Source: Escherichia phage vB_EcoM_TU01
Sequence record: MZ560701
DNA length: 64,000 nucleotides
Reading direction: 5' to 3' (one strand)
The notes beneath the pieces are model-generated. The model made no database searches. It had not been told where the DNA came from and saw nothing but the letters and a program-made list of their open reading frames with translations. Shown piece after piece: positions 8,968 through 18,671 of the stretch (position 1 is its first letter; each line of letters begins with the position of its first letter). A program made the translations under genes and the position numbers.

Positions 8968-9498
8968 ATGAAAACTGTAATTGAAACAACCGAGTTGTTT
9001 GGTGATTTATGTATCGAAAAACGTGGNNATGTGTATGTTCTGACACAAGAAGATGATGCTGCTACTATTCTTCCTATGGAACTGGACAAGATTTTGAAAC
9101 TCAATCCACCCGGCCATGCATCTGTAATTAACATTAATGAAGACCTTCAAGTTCGTTTTTATCACGGACTTTATAGTGGGGTTAATATCGAAACTGAAGA
9201 CGAATGTTTTTCTATTAATAATTGGAAAACATTCGTCGCTAAAGTGAAAGAATTCATGGAATCTGAAACAGCCAAAAAGGCCAAACTTCAATGGGCTAAA
9301 TGCCGTAATGCTTTTATTACAAATCAGGACCGCCCTGACTATACAACAGTCCTAGGCGTTAATCCTTCGTATGAAGATGGTGATGTCGTAGTTATTCGTC
9401 AAATTGATGACCTTCGTCAACATATCATTACATTAGACAAAGATGAAGCAGTTGCTCTTAAAGCTTATCTTGATTCTATTATCCCGACTTTGAAATAA
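8968..9498 (+). CDS. hypothetical protein
   Basis: ORF track, start refined to ATG 8968. Confidence 0.5.
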   Translation: MKTVIETTELFGDLCIEKRXXVYVLTQEDDAATILPMELDKILKLNPPGHASVININEDLQVRFYHGLYSGVNIETEDECFSINNWKTFVAKVKEFMESETAKKAKLQWAKCRNAFITNQDRPDYTTVLGVNPSYEDGDVVVIRQIDDLRQHIITLDKDEAVALKAYLDSIIPTLK

Positions 9499-9507
9499 GG
9501 AATTATT

Positions 9508-9981
9508 ATGATTATCAATGAAAACTCTTGGCACTTTAAAATTTATGCCGCGTTCAATAGTACATGGAATCGTCCGAAAACGTTGTGTGCTTATTTTTGG
9601 AAAACGTTAATCCCNGTATTGGCTGTTTCAATTATTGGATTTGCGATTTTAGCAGGTGCCGTAATCATTGGCCAGGAAATTTTAACTANATTCTTTGTTT
9701 TTAGCAGTCTATGGACATTAGTTCCGGCCTCAATTGGTGTAGGCATTTTAANNGTAGCAGTCATGGCTCTTATTGCTGTCGGGTTGGTAATTGGCCCGTC
9801 TTGGTTGTTAGACAAATATAACGACAGAAAATATTATAAAGAAATTGAGTTCATTGCACAAAACCAAGAACGAATTAAAAATGGACTTGAGCCTATTGAA
9901 CGTAAGAAATCATTAATAGGTGAATACCTTAAAGCTCGTAAAGAAAAAGTCTGTCCTACTCTTGAATATAAGGCTAAATGA
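9508..9981 (+). CDS. membrane protein (multiple TM segments)
   Basis: hydrophobic stretches LAVSIIGFAILAGAVIIG, VMALIAVGLVIGPSWLL. Confidence 0.5.
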   Translation: MIINENSWHFKIYAAFNSTWNRPKTLCAYFWKTLIXVLAVSIIGFAILAGAVIIGQEILTXFFVFSSLWTLVPASIGVGILXVAVMALIAVGLVIGPSWLLDKYNDRKYYKEIEFIAQNQERIKNGLEPIERKKSLIGEYLKARKEKVCPTLEYKAK

Positions 9982-10967
9982 TGAAAACAATTATGAAGGC
10001 TTACTTTGGTAGTCACCTTTATGGAACGTCTACTCCTGAATCTGACGTCGATTTTAAAGAAATTTATGTCCCTCATGCTCGTGATATTTTGACCGGTAAC
10101 GTTAAAGAACATATGAGCAAGAACACGAATAACACATCTTCTAAGAACACAAAAGACGACGTGGACCATGAGTTGTATAGTCTCAAATATTTCTTTAAAC
10201 TAGCTGCAGATGGTGAAACCGTCGCATTAGATATGCTTCACACTCCACAAAGTCTAGTAGTTAAATCTGATTTGCCTGANGTNTGGAAGTATATTCAAGA
10301 CAACAGGTCTCGTTTCTATACTACTAACATGAAATCTTATTTAGGGTATGTCCGTAAGCAAGCTTCTAAATACGGTGTCAAGGGTTCTCGACTGGCTGTT
10401 CTTCGACAAGCCCTTAAACGTTCTAATGAATGGGGACAATACTTTGATAATGGTGCAGTAATTCGTTTATCACATATGAAGAATGTTCTGCCTGTAGGTG
10501 AATTTGCTTCGTGGGTTGAAACCGAAAACGAGAAAACAGGTAAGCAAACATTCTATAATCTGTTAGACCGTAAATTCCAAGACACATTAACCAATAAAGA
10601 GTTCAATGCCATCCTTGTTAAACTAGAAGAGAACTATGGCGAACGTGCTCGTAAGGCAGAAGCTAACGAAGGTATTGACTGGAAAGCATTGAGTCATGCA
10701 TGTCGTGGTGGACTTCAATTATTGGAAATTTACAAAACAGGCGACCTGGTTTACCCACTTCAGGATGCTCCATTTATTCTCGATGTTAAGCTTGGTAAAC
10801 ATACGTTTAAAACTGTACAAGAATTCCTAGAAGATATCGTTGACCAAGTTGAACATGCGTCAGAACAAGCTGCCAAGAACGGTATGCAACAAAAAGTAGA
10901 TATGAGTTTCTGGGATGACTTCCTTGAACAAGTCTATCTCGAAAATCATAATTCTTACTATAAATAA
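9978..10967 (+). CDS. Pol-beta-superfamily nucleotidyltransferase-fold protein, unknown substrate
   Basis: N-terminal YFGSHLYGTSTPESDVDF fits the GS...D.D nucleotidyltransferase motif. Confidence 0.55.
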   Translation: MMKTIMKAYFGSHLYGTSTPESDVDFKEIYVPHARDILTGNVKEHMSKNTNNTSSKNTKDDVDHELYSLKYFFKLAADGETVALDMLHTPQSLVVKSDLPXXWKYIQDNRSRFYTTNMKSYLGYVRKQASKYGVKGSRLAVLRQALKRSNEWGQYFDNGAVIRLSHMKNVLPVGEFASWVETENEKTGKQTFYNLLDRKFQDTLTNKEFNAILVKLEENYGERARKAEANEGIDWKALSHACRGGLQLLEIYKTGDLVYPLQDAPFILDVKLGKHTFKTVQEFLEDIVDQVEHASEQAAKNGMQQKVDMSFWDDFLEQVYLENHNSYYK

Positions 10968-10998
10968 GTAGATAAATAACCCTTAACTTGAGGTAAAT

Positions 10999-11265
10999 AT
11001 GAAAAAATTAGTAATTGGTTTATTCGCAGTAATGATGGCATTCTCTGTTGGTGCTACCACGGGTGCAGGAGCTGGTGGTAACCAGTCTTCTGGGCCTTCT
11101 AATGGTTCTGTAAATGCATCACATTCTCAGGGTATTGAGAACATTAAATCAAGCTATATTAATAGCACGGCCGGACAAGCAACTGAAGCATGGTCAAAGG
11201 GCCGAGTAGTTACTCGCTCCGTATTCTGTGATATGCCTAATTATGTTGCTAAGTGCGATAAGTAA
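10999..11265 (+). CDS. secreted Gly/Ser-rich small protein
   Basis: Signal peptide MKKLVIGLFAVMMAFSVGA; GGNQSSGPSNGS. Confidence 0.5.
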   Translation: MKKLVIGLFAVMMAFSVGATTGAGAGGNQSSGPSNGSVNASHSQGIENIKSSYINSTAGQATEAWSKGRVVTRSVFCDMPNYVAKCDK

Positions 11266-11270
11266 ATGTG

Positions 11271-11289
11271 GGGACCTTCGGGTCCCTTT
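11271..11289 (+). terminator. terminator-like hairpin GGGACC-TTCG-GGTCCC
   Basis: GC stem with UUCG tetraloop; weak T tract. Confidence 0.45.
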
Positions 11290-11318
11290 AGGGGGTTAAA
11301 ATATTTTTAAAAAAGTAG

Positions 11319-11346
11319 TGTACATGCTTTTAGGATATGTTATTAT
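11319..11346 (+). promoter_or_regulatory. promoter (TGTACA -35-like, TGCTTTTA MotA-box-like, TATTAT -10)
   Basis: shares the ...GTTATTATAGACCTATC... core with other PeSL-like elements. Confidence 0.4.
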
Positions 11347-11384
11347 AGACCTATCGAAACGAAATGAGTAAATTGGAGAATAAA

Positions 11385-12365
11385 ATGTTCAACGTTCAAA
11401 TCAAAAAAGGTATCTATCGTAATAACGAAATCTCTGGTTCTTATGTTGCCACAAAGACCTGGTTCCCGGCAAAGCTTAATCCTGAATGTTCCCACTTAGG
11501 TGATGGTAAAATTTTCGTTATGATTGATGGTTCTGAACGTGGAGTATGGGTCTTCAAATCAGACATCGTAATGGAAGGAGTTGAGACATCTCCAGTTGCA
11601 GTTGTTGAAAGCACTGAAGATATGAAAACTCGTATCAACAAACGCTTTAAAGTAATGAACATGATGACGAATGGCATTATCGATGGCAAAATTCGTTCAC
11701 TCATTATTTCAGGTGCTGCTGGTATTGGTAAGACGTATTCTCTGGATAAAGCACTTAATAATGCTAATGATAACGGTTTCATCAAATACAAAAGCATTAA
11801 TGGTAAAATCTCTGGTATTGGCCTTTACGAACAACTTTGGCTCAACCGTGATGCAGATAGCGTTCTCTTAATCGACGACGTTGACGTATTCTCAGATATG
11901 GACATCTTGAACCTTCTTAAAGCAGCATTAGATACCGGAGATAAACGCAAAGTTTGTTGGAGCACTGCGTCATCTTATCTCGATGATAAGGGTATTGATA
12001 AAGAATTTGAGTTTGAAGGTACTATCGTTTTCATTACAAACGTTGATATCGATAAAGAGTTAGAACGCGGTTCGAAACTTGCTCCACACCTTCAAGCTTT
12101 AGTATCTCGTTCAGTGTATCTCGACCTTGGAGTACACTCTAATGAAGAGATTATGGTTCGAGTTGAAGATGTAATATTATCTACTGACATGATGCAGAAA
12201 CGTGGTCTGACGGATGCAGAAACGTATAAAGCATTGTCCTGGATGAAGGCTAACGTATCTCGTCTTCGCAATGTATCATTACGTACGGCTCTTTATGTAG
12301 CAGATTTTATTTCAACTGATAAAGACGGTTGGGAGGAAATCTCCGAAGTAACTTTACTGAAATAA
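11385..12365 (+). CDS. AAA-type ATPase-like protein (Walker A GAAGIGKT, Walker B LLIDDVD)
   Basis: Start chosen at ATG 11385 (GGAGA RBS); ORF open from 11364. Confidence 0.55.
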   Translation: MFNVQIKKGIYRNNEISGSYVATKTWFPAKLNPECSHLGDGKIFVMIDGSERGVWVFKSDIVMEGVETSPVAVVESTEDMKTRINKRFKVMNMMTNGIIDGKIRSLIISGAAGIGKTYSLDKALNNANDNGFIKYKSINGKISGIGLYEQLWLNRDADSVLLIDDVDVFSDMDILNLLKAALDTGDKRKVCWSTASSYLDDKGIDKEFEFEGTIVFITNVDIDKELERGSKLAPHLQALVSRSVYLDLGVHSNEEIMVRVEDVILSTDMMQKRGLTDAETYKALSWMKANVSRLRNVSLRTALYVADFISTDKDGWEEISEVTLLK

Positions 12366-12503
12366 GCTTATAGGAAGTTCTGAGGTAACAAAAGCCATAA
12401 AGATGAATAATCATATGGCTTACCTCAAAGAAGGACACCAGGAACCTACTGAGGGCATAGAAATATTTAAAAATAATGATGTACAAATCAAAGAGGATAT
12501 GTT

Positions 12504-12791
12504 ATGGATTTTATGCAAAAAATTAAAGCCGCAGTCGAACTGTATGCTCATCGTATGGTTAGTTCTACGATGCAATATAGCGAGGAGGTTCGCCAGGACT
12601 CTTCCTTGAAAGGAAAAACTAAAGCCTTAATTACCTTAGACCGTCTGCAAAAGAATGCCATAGAGTTGTTCCAGTACGACAAGGATGCATATAAGAAAGA
12701 ACAGGAAGAGAAACTTAAATCCGAAAAATTACAGAAAATNCCGAAGTCGGTTTGGTTCAGTGGAAAAAATACCGAAAAAAGTTTCTTTTAG
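12504..12791 (+). CDS. hypothetical protein
   Basis: AAGAGGA RBS 6 nt upstream. Confidence 0.45.
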   Translation: MDFMQKIKAAVELYAHRMVSSTMQYSEEVRQDSSLKGKTKALITLDRLQKNAIELFQYDKDAYKKEQEEKLKSEKLQKXPKSVWFSGKNTEKSFF

Positions 12792-12793
12792 TT

Positions 12794-12845
12794 GTTTACA
12801 AGGTCTATGGTTATGTTATTATAGACCTATCAACTACTGGAGGTA
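12794..12845 (+). promoter_or_regulatory. early promoter/stem-loop (PeSL-like)
   Basis: GTTTAC 12794-12799, TATTAT 12817-12822, stem AGGTCT/AGACCT, core TATAGACCTATCAACTACTGGAGG. Confidence 0.55.
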
Positions 12846-12849
12846 AAAC

Positions 12850-13377
12850 ATGAACGCTAAAGATATTTTCAACCTGGTAAATTATAACGACGGTAAATTT
12901 AAATCTGAAGCACAAAGCAAGTTCTTTAATGACGTTGCTTATGGTAATGAGATTACCGTGGACGGAGGTCAGATTTTCAAATCTCGCTGGAATTGGATTG
13001 CTATCATCGATTCAGTTGGAATTGTAGAAGTCTACAAAAACACTAACAAAAAACGTACATTATTCTGGTCTCGTGAAACTAACGAGCAGTACAAAAAGGA
13101 TAAAGCATCTCGTTTATCCAAAGTAACCCAGGAAGATATCGAGTTTATCAAGAAAGATATCGAGATGTACGAAAATTTAATCGCTGAAGACCAGGCAGTA
13201 CTCGATAAGTTTGATGAAATTAAAGCTTCTCGTGAAATCCCTGACTTCATGAAAGAAACAGTAAACGAACGATACGCTCTCACTTCAGAACGTATTGCAA
13301 ACTATACAAAACAGAAAGCAGAACGTATTAGTACTCTTCGGAAATTTGAAGAACGTTTAAAGACGGTTCACGCATAA
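12850..13377 (+). CDS. hypothetical protein
   Basis: ORF track; own promoter. Confidence 0.5.
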   Translation: MNAKDIFNLVNYNDGKFKSEAQSKFFNDVAYGNEITVDGGQIFKSRWNWIAIIDSVGIVEVYKNTNKKRTLFWSRETNEQYKKDKASRLSKVTQEDIEFIKKDIEMYENLIAEDQAVLDKFDEIKASREIPDFMKETVNERYALTSERIANYTKQKAERISTLRKFEERLKTVHA

Positions 13378-13378
13378 A

Positions 13379-13404
13379 CGCTTTACCCAAGGACGGGTTA
13401 TAAT
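13379..13404 (+). promoter_or_regulatory. middle-promoter-like (MotA-box-like CGCTTTA + TATAAT 13 nt downstream)
   Basis: TATAAT 13399-13404. Confidence 0.4.
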
Positions 13405-13439
13405 GGTTTTGAGTTCCAATTCAATCTGAGGAAATAGTT

Positions 13440-14435
13440 ATGAGCATTACATCTGATGCGGTAAAACATGAAATTAACGGTTTATGTGCTTCACAGATTA
13501 AAGTGTGGTTTAAAGACCATAATGATCGCAGAGCACTTAATTATGAACAAATTGCTATCCAAGTTCATCAATTACTGACTAGTAAATTTGATTTTCATAT
13601 GCCGTCTGAAATCTATACTAATCTGCCGCGAGCGCTTATTAAAGCGTGTAAAGGTTACGGAAAATCAATGGCTGATGGAATCTTCAGCGCGCTGAATAAA
13701 CTTAACGTTCTGTCGATGATTAACTCTAACAACATTCTGCGTAATCTAGGACGTACTGATTTGTTCGGTCGTGAACAGTGTAAAATGCCTTTGAAATGGA
13801 TTGTTGCTCATCTTAACGAGAACCAAACACGTTTTATGGCCGTATCAGCACGCTTACAAATGGGCCTAGATCGTCAGATGAACTTTAAAACTCATCCACG
13901 TTATTCAGGTTCAACAGACTTTTATAAATGTGAGCTTCAAAAGGTTGCAGGTAAAACTGTCTTAGTAGTTCGTGTAACGTTTGAAGGACGACGTCAAGGA
14001 TATTTTGACCTAATCGGCTCTGGTCTTAAACATTGTGGATTTATTGACGAAGTTGATATCAAGCGAGACGGCATTGGATACCGTATTGGATATGTTTGTA
14101 CTCTTAAAGAAGAGATTTCAGGACCAGCACCAGGACTAAAAGACGTTAGATATAAAGACGAGCTCGTTGAAGAAATAAAAGAAGTTGAATATGATATCAA
14201 CCAAGAAGATGCTCTTAAAGACCTTATTGATGAACTAAACCAAGACGTTATTCCGGTTCAGAAATTTGAATCAAAACATGCTGAGCAAATCAAATACTTT
14301 GAAGCTTTGATTAACGAACTTAATGTAACTATTCAACAGACTGACGATGAAATCTCACGATTAGCAGGCTTAAACGGTAAAAATAAAACAGAACGAGCTA
14401 ATCTTATTCAAGTAGTAAAACTTCTTAAGGAATGA
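13440..14435 (+). CDS. hypothetical protein with C-terminal coiled coil
   Basis: C-terminal heptad-rich EQIKYFEALINELNVTIQQTDDEISRLAG. Confidence 0.5.
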   Translation: MSITSDAVKHEINGLCASQIKVWFKDHNDRRALNYEQIAIQVHQLLTSKFDFHMPSEIYTNLPRALIKACKGYGKSMADGIFSALNKLNVLSMINSNNILRNLGRTDLFGREQCKMPLKWIVAHLNENQTRFMAVSARLQMGLDRQMNFKTHPRYSGSTDFYKCELQKVAGKTVLVVRVTFEGRRQGYFDLIGSGLKHCGFIDEVDIKRDGIGYRIGYVCTLKEEISGPAPGLKDVRYKDELVEEIKEVEYDINQEDALKDLIDELNQDVIPVQKFESKHAEQIKYFEALINELNVTIQQTDDEISRLAGLNGKNKTERANLIQVVKLLKE

Positions 14436-14464
14436 TGTACAACCAAGGATGGTTGGAGTATAAT
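14436..14464 (+). promoter_or_regulatory. repeated promoter cassette TGTACAACCAAGGATGGTTGGAGTATAAT (family A)
   Basis: TATAAT 14459-14464; stem CAACCA/TGGTTG; near-identical copies at 15431, 57295, 57854. Confidence 0.55.
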
Positions 14465-14490
14465 AAATTTTTCAACATGAGGAATATAAA

Positions 14491-15426
14491 ATGGCTTCTA
14501 TTACACGTAGAGAACTTATCAAAGAATTTACCTCGAACGCATATACCCCAGGTCCTAATCCTATCCGTATGCCTGTAAAGACTCCTGAAGAGATTGAGGA
14601 AATTTGTTCATATTATGGGATTACTTCTCGTAAGTTTACTCAATTTGAATGCGTTACTAACACACCCGTTAAAGAGTTCATTAAAAATGGTGAGTTCAGC
14701 CGTTTATTGGCCAAACAGAAACTTCGTAATTTTTGTATCGGCGGNNAAGGACAATATTTCGCTAAACAGTTCAGGAATAACCTTAACAATCTGATGGCCA
14801 TTGCTTCTCGTATTCGTCCTCAAGCAATTAACATGAAACATTTGAAATATACTTACGATAAGTTAGAAATCATGGTTATCAGTGAGAACGAGTTCACTCT
14901 TACGTATAAACCTAAGAATGATAACGTTGCTCGTGTATTCCACCAAGCGTTGGAAGTGTTAGGTGATAATATTCACGAGATTAAAGCAATTTATTCTCGT
15001 GAGCTTAATATTATCAACCCTATCAAGAATAAGGGCCATATCGCTATCCAGGCCCGTGTATCTATTGGTAAAAAGGTTCCTGCGCCATGGTGGCACAAAG
15101 ACTCTGAATACTATCAAAATCTTAAAAAGGAAAATGCAACGTTCGAAGCGTCAATTACTGCAACCCCAATTGGCAATGCTGAAGTTCTAGGTGCATATTC
15201 TACTGCTCCATCTATACACACTTCACCGTCGACTAAACTGGAAATCTCTAACGGTCTTCTTCCTGCCGAAGATTACTATTATAATCAAATCAAGGCCACT
15301 ATGGACCAACTGTCTGTTGAACTTGACAAAGCACAAGCTAAGCTTCGTGATGCTCAAAGTGTTGTAACCAAGCTCCAGTTGCAGTACTCTAAACTTTTTA
15401 ATGCAATGAATGCATTAAAATCATAA
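14491..15426 (+). CDS. hypothetical protein with C-terminal coiled coil
   Basis: QLSVELDKAQAKLRDAQSVVTKLQLQYSKLFNAMNALKS. Confidence 0.5.
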   Translation: MASITRRELIKEFTSNAYTPGPNPIRMPVKTPEEIEEICSYYGITSRKFTQFECVTNTPVKEFIKNGEFSRLLAKQKLRNFCIGXXGQYFAKQFRNNLNNLMAIASRIRPQAINMKHLKYTYDKLEIMVISENEFTLTYKPKNDNVARVFHQALEVLGDNIHEIKAIYSRELNIINPIKNKGHIAIQARVSIGKKVPAPWWHKDSEYYQNLKKENATFEASITATPIGNAEVLGAYSTAPSIHTSPSTKLEISNGLLPAEDYYYNQIKATMDQLSVELDKAQAKLRDAQSVVTKLQLQYSKLFNAMNALKS

Positions 15427-15430
15427 AANA

Positions 15431-15460
15431 GTTTACAACCAAGGACGGTTGGAGTATAAT
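15431..15460 (+). promoter_or_regulatory. repeated promoter cassette GTTTACAACCAAGGACGGTTGGAGTATAAT (family A)
   Basis: GTTTAC 15431-15436, TATAAT 15455-15460. Confidence 0.55.
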
Positions 15461-15488
15461 CTTTCTATCTTAACGAGAGGAAAATATT

Positions 15489-16439
15489 ATGACACGTTCA
15501 CATTACATTGATTATTTTGCAGGTCTTATCGCTAACGTTCATGCTCAGCGTGCTTCTGGTTCATTAGGATTTGATGTTCCACACCGAAATGTAGTAAGTG
15601 GTATTCTTCGAGATTTTGGTACATACACAGGTCAAGAAAATCATATCTGTAAAGATACTCAGAATGCGTATTCTCATTCATTAGGGACATTGCTTCAATG
15701 GTTCAAACGTTCTCGTTTATTATCTTCTACTGTGGCTCGTGATAACATTAAAAACTTTATGAAGCCGAGCTTTATTAAATCTGTGACATCTAAAACTGAT
15801 TTGGTTGAATTTACTATTATTAACGATGTTAAAAAGACTCATTTAGCTGATTGGTTATCTACCATTCCTGAAACTAAATTTGCTGATAAATTTGCTTGTG
15901 AATTCAATAACCAAGTGAATATGCTTTTTAAACATTCACGTAAATTATTCACAGGCGGCGATGACCGTACAAATACGGTTCATGTTAAGGATTGGGTTAC
16001 TGCAGTATTCAAACCAACTGGTAATGGTAACGCATCATTGTCAATTGATATCCAGGTTCCGTATTACTACTCACGTAATCTCGGTACAATGAAAGCCGAA
16101 GAAATTAATAAGCGCAACAAAACCGTTCGTTCGCTATCTTATAAACTTCGTATGATGTTACGGACTATGGACGTAGTAGAAATGTTCAGCGAAACCGAAG
16201 ATAACGGTTCAATGTTATTCAGTTCTCGTATTAAAATTAAGCTGAAGAACCCTAATACGTATAAACCTAAGCCTATTAAAGAGCCTAAAGCAGAAAAAGT
16301 TGATAATTTAAGAGAAGAACGTGAATACCTCAAATCTCGTCTGAAAGAAGTCGAAGCCCAGATTGCAGAACAAACTAAATCGTTAAAAGCTCTGAATGCG
16401 AAAGCGGACGGTTTACGAAATGCCATTGAGGTGTTATAA
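15489..16439 (+). CDS. hypothetical protein with C-terminal coiled coil
   Basis: NLREEREYLKSRLKEVEAQIAEQTKSLKALNAKADGLRNAIEVL. Confidence 0.5.
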   Translation: MTRSHYIDYFAGLIANVHAQRASGSLGFDVPHRNVVSGILRDFGTYTGQENHICKDTQNAYSHSLGTLLQWFKRSRLLSSTVARDNIKNFMKPSFIKSVTSKTDLVEFTIINDVKKTHLADWLSTIPETKFADKFACEFNNQVNMLFKHSRKLFTGGDDRTNTVHVKDWVTAVFKPTGNGNASLSIDIQVPYYYSRNLGTMKAEEINKRNKTVRSLSYKLRMMLRTMDVVEMFSETEDNGSMLFSSRIKIKLKNPNTYKPKPIKEPKAEKVDNLREEREYLKSRLKEVEAQIAEQTKSLKALNAKADGLRNAIEVL

Positions 16440-16744
16440 TGAAACTACGTCTTTTAGAGGATATTGATATGAGCACTAATCATGGCTTGGTTAAGTTTAT
16501 TGACGATAGTTCAAAGATTGAATTTGTTCAGCGAGATAAAATCCACGGTGAAGAAGAGTTCGTTCCTCCGGCATGGAACGAAATCATGAAAATGGTTGAA
16601 CGACGTGAAAATGCTGCCAAATCGGCAGCAAAACATCCATGCCCGGAATGTGGAACTATCCAAGTCCAACTGGTTAACTGGACCACTGATAACTTGAAAT
16701 TGAAATGCCGTAAATGCTTCCACAAATTTGAGAGAACATTATAA
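16439..16744 (+). CDS. hypothetical protein with C-terminal zinc-ribbon (CPECG...CRKC)
   Basis: TAATG overlap; paired Cys-x2-Cys motifs. Confidence 0.45.
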   Translation: MKLRLLEDIDMSTNHGLVKFIDDSSKIEFVQRDKIHGEEEFVPPAWNEIMKMVERRENAAKSAAKHPCPECGTIQVQLVNWTTDNLKLKCRKCFHKFERTL

Positions 16745-17157
16745 TGAGATATAGCCTTCGTTGTTTTATTGTAGCTTTAGTTTTTGCCATCATTCCATTC
16801 ATTTGGAACAGCCAGAATACTTACATGGAAACTAAAGTAATTCCTGTGGAGGTAGTGGAATTAATCTCAGGCCAATCTACAGGAAAATATTCTAAATTAG
16901 AATTTATTGCAGTCTATAAAGATGAGCAAGGACGAGTTTTTGACAGGCATGTATCTCCATCATTTTATACGCTTCTGAATAAAGGTGATACGATAGCTAT
17001 AGAAATTCGTGAGATGGATATCAAACAAACTACTAAAGATAACTTGATTTGGTTCTTTGGTACAGTGTTGTTGGTTTCTATCTGTATCACAGGTTTTATT
17101 ACATGTATTGTATTTGGCGTTGCATATTTAATTGATGAAAGGAAAAATAATGTTTAA
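16744..17157 (+). CDS. membrane protein (N- and C-terminal TM helices)
   Basis: FIVALVFAIIPFIW and LIWFFGTVLLVSICITGFITCIVFGVAYL. Confidence 0.5.
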   Translation: MRYSLRCFIVALVFAIIPFIWNSQNTYMETKVIPVEVVELISGQSTGKYSKLEFIAVYKDEQGRVFDRHVSPSFYTLLNKGDTIAIEIREMDIKQTTKDNLIWFFGTVLLVSICITGFITCIVFGVAYLIDERKNNV

Positions 17158-17413
17158 AGTGTATGGGTATGACTCTACTATTCATAAATGCATTTATTGT
17201 GATAATGCGAAACGATTGCTGACTGTTAAGAAACAGCCATTCGAATTCATTAATGTTATGCCAGAAAAAGGTGTGTTCGATGATGAGAAAATTGCTGAGC
17301 TTCTGGTTAAGCTTGGACGTGAATCACAAGTCGGATTGACTATGCCTCAAGTGTTTGCTCCTGATGGAANTTCGATTGGTGGATTTGACCAACTACGAGA
17401 ATATTTTAAATGA
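17150..17413 (+). CDS. nrdC: glutaredoxin-like thioredoxin
   Basis: MFKVYGYDSTIHKCIYCDNAKRLLTVKKQPFEFINVMPEKGVFDDEKIAEL... matches T4 NrdC. Confidence 0.9.
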   Translation: MFKVYGYDSTIHKCIYCDNAKRLLTVKKQPFEFINVMPEKGVFDDEKIAELLVKLGRESQVGLTMPQVFAPDGXSIGGFDQLREYFK

Positions 17414-17766
17414 CATATTCATTAAATCTTAAAGATTTCCAAGATGTATACGAAGTTTGTGCCAATGAACTTGGTCCTGATGCTCCAACTATTATTGAAG
17501 TTTTAAATGTGCTCCCTTCATCATTAGCTTACGAAGCCAAATCATGGGGTTGGAACGACACTGTCGTTCGTGATGACCTTTACGTCCTGATGAACGATAT
17601 GATGGTTAAAAAGGCAGAACCGGTTGCACCAATGGTTACCATTACCGTTGAAGAATATAATCGCCTGCAAGCCATTGAAGAGCTTCTGTGGAACATTGAA
17701 TGTGACCTGCCTTCAGGGCTAGAATCCTGGATTGATTATGAAGAGCTCAATAAACTCCGGGGTTAA
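17410..17766 (+). CDS. hypothetical protein
   Basis: ATGA overlap with nrdC. Confidence 0.5.
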   Translation: MTYSLNLKDFQDVYEVCANELGPDAPTIIEVLNVLPSSLAYEAKSWGWNDTVVRDDLYVLMNDMMVKKAEPVAPMVTITVEEYNRLQAIEELLWNIECDLPSGLESWIDYEELNKLRG

Positions 17767-17894
17767 ACCGTGGTATTCTGCTCGATGGGAGACTGTCGAG
17801 CCAGACGTCGAAACGGTTTACAACGACGAAGAANCATGTTATGATGAACCTTCAATAAATGAATTAATTGATATGGAAATGGGAAGAGATTATT

Positions 17895-18065
17895 ATGCAA
17901 GTTAAATTATTGTACCGTTTATTAAAAAATGGCAAACATGATTGGTATTTGCTTATTAAAACCGATCCGAATTTTTTCTCTGGACAACCATTTACAGTTC
18001 GTCCTACTAAACGTCAGCTTCGCAAAGCTAAACGTTCTCATCGTAACTTTTATAGAGGATATTGA
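17895..18065 (+). CDS. small protein with basic C-terminal RPTKRQLRKAKR tail (family member 1)
   Basis: ...FTVRPTKRQLRKAKRSHRNFYRGY. Confidence 0.4.
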   Translation: MQVKLLYRLLKNGKHDWYLLIKTDPNFFSGQPFTVRPTKRQLRKAKRSHRNFYRGY

Positions 18066-18066
18066 T

Positions 18067-18480
18067 ATGAATATTTCTGAAACTCGCGGTAAATGGTTCA
18101 AGATTGTTAAAGAAGACGAAGAACTACAAGNNAAGTTTCCTGAATTAAAGAAAGNTACAATCGTCAAGGTAATTGGTACTACTACCGAAGATGGTTATGG
18201 CGACCACGGCATTATCGAAGTGATGTTGAACACAGGTGAGAAACTTTGCATCTATGACCGTGATACTTCTCTTTGGTGCTTCTGGGAATCCCATTCAATA
18301 GATGAACTCGAAGAAATTGACCAAGTAGTTTGTGATNGTGGACTTGGCGAATTTGAAGGTGAACGTATTTCTTATGCTTTAGCTAAATTAGCAGCCCAAG
18401 AAAATAATGACGGTTATGAAGGTAATCTGATGCAAGCCGCAGCGGAATACATTGAATATTTAGAAAGACGTTTAAGTTAA
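18067..18480 (+). CDS. hypothetical acidic protein
   Basis: in-frame ATG right after upstream stop. Confidence 0.45.
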   Translation: MNISETRGKWFKIVKEDEELQXKFPELKKXTIVKVIGTTTEDGYGDHGIIEVMLNTGEKLCIYDRDTSLWCFWESHSIDELEEIDQVVCDXGLGEFEGERISYALAKLAAQENNDGYEGNLMQAAAEYIEYLERRLS

Positions 18481-18489
18481 GGGCTTATT

Positions 18490-18669
18490 ATGAAAACTGC
18501 ATTATTTTTTGGCGAAAGAACAAACGGTCAAAAATCTTGGAAATTTGTTATAATTGGTGCTCCAAACAATCCGAACATGAGGACTTCAATCATTTCGGTA
18601 ACACGTCCTACTAAAAGAATGATTCGTCAATATAAACGTTTTCATCGAGACTTTTATAACGTTTACTAA
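18490..18669 (+). CDS. small protein with basic C-terminal RPTKRMIRQYKR tail (family member 2)
   Basis: ...SVTRPTKRMIRQYKRFHRDFYNVY; below track size cutoff. Confidence 0.4.
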   Translation: MKTALFFGERTNGQKSWKFVIIGAPNNPNMRTSIISVTRPTKRMIRQYKRFHRDFYNVY

Positions 18670-18671
18670 AT

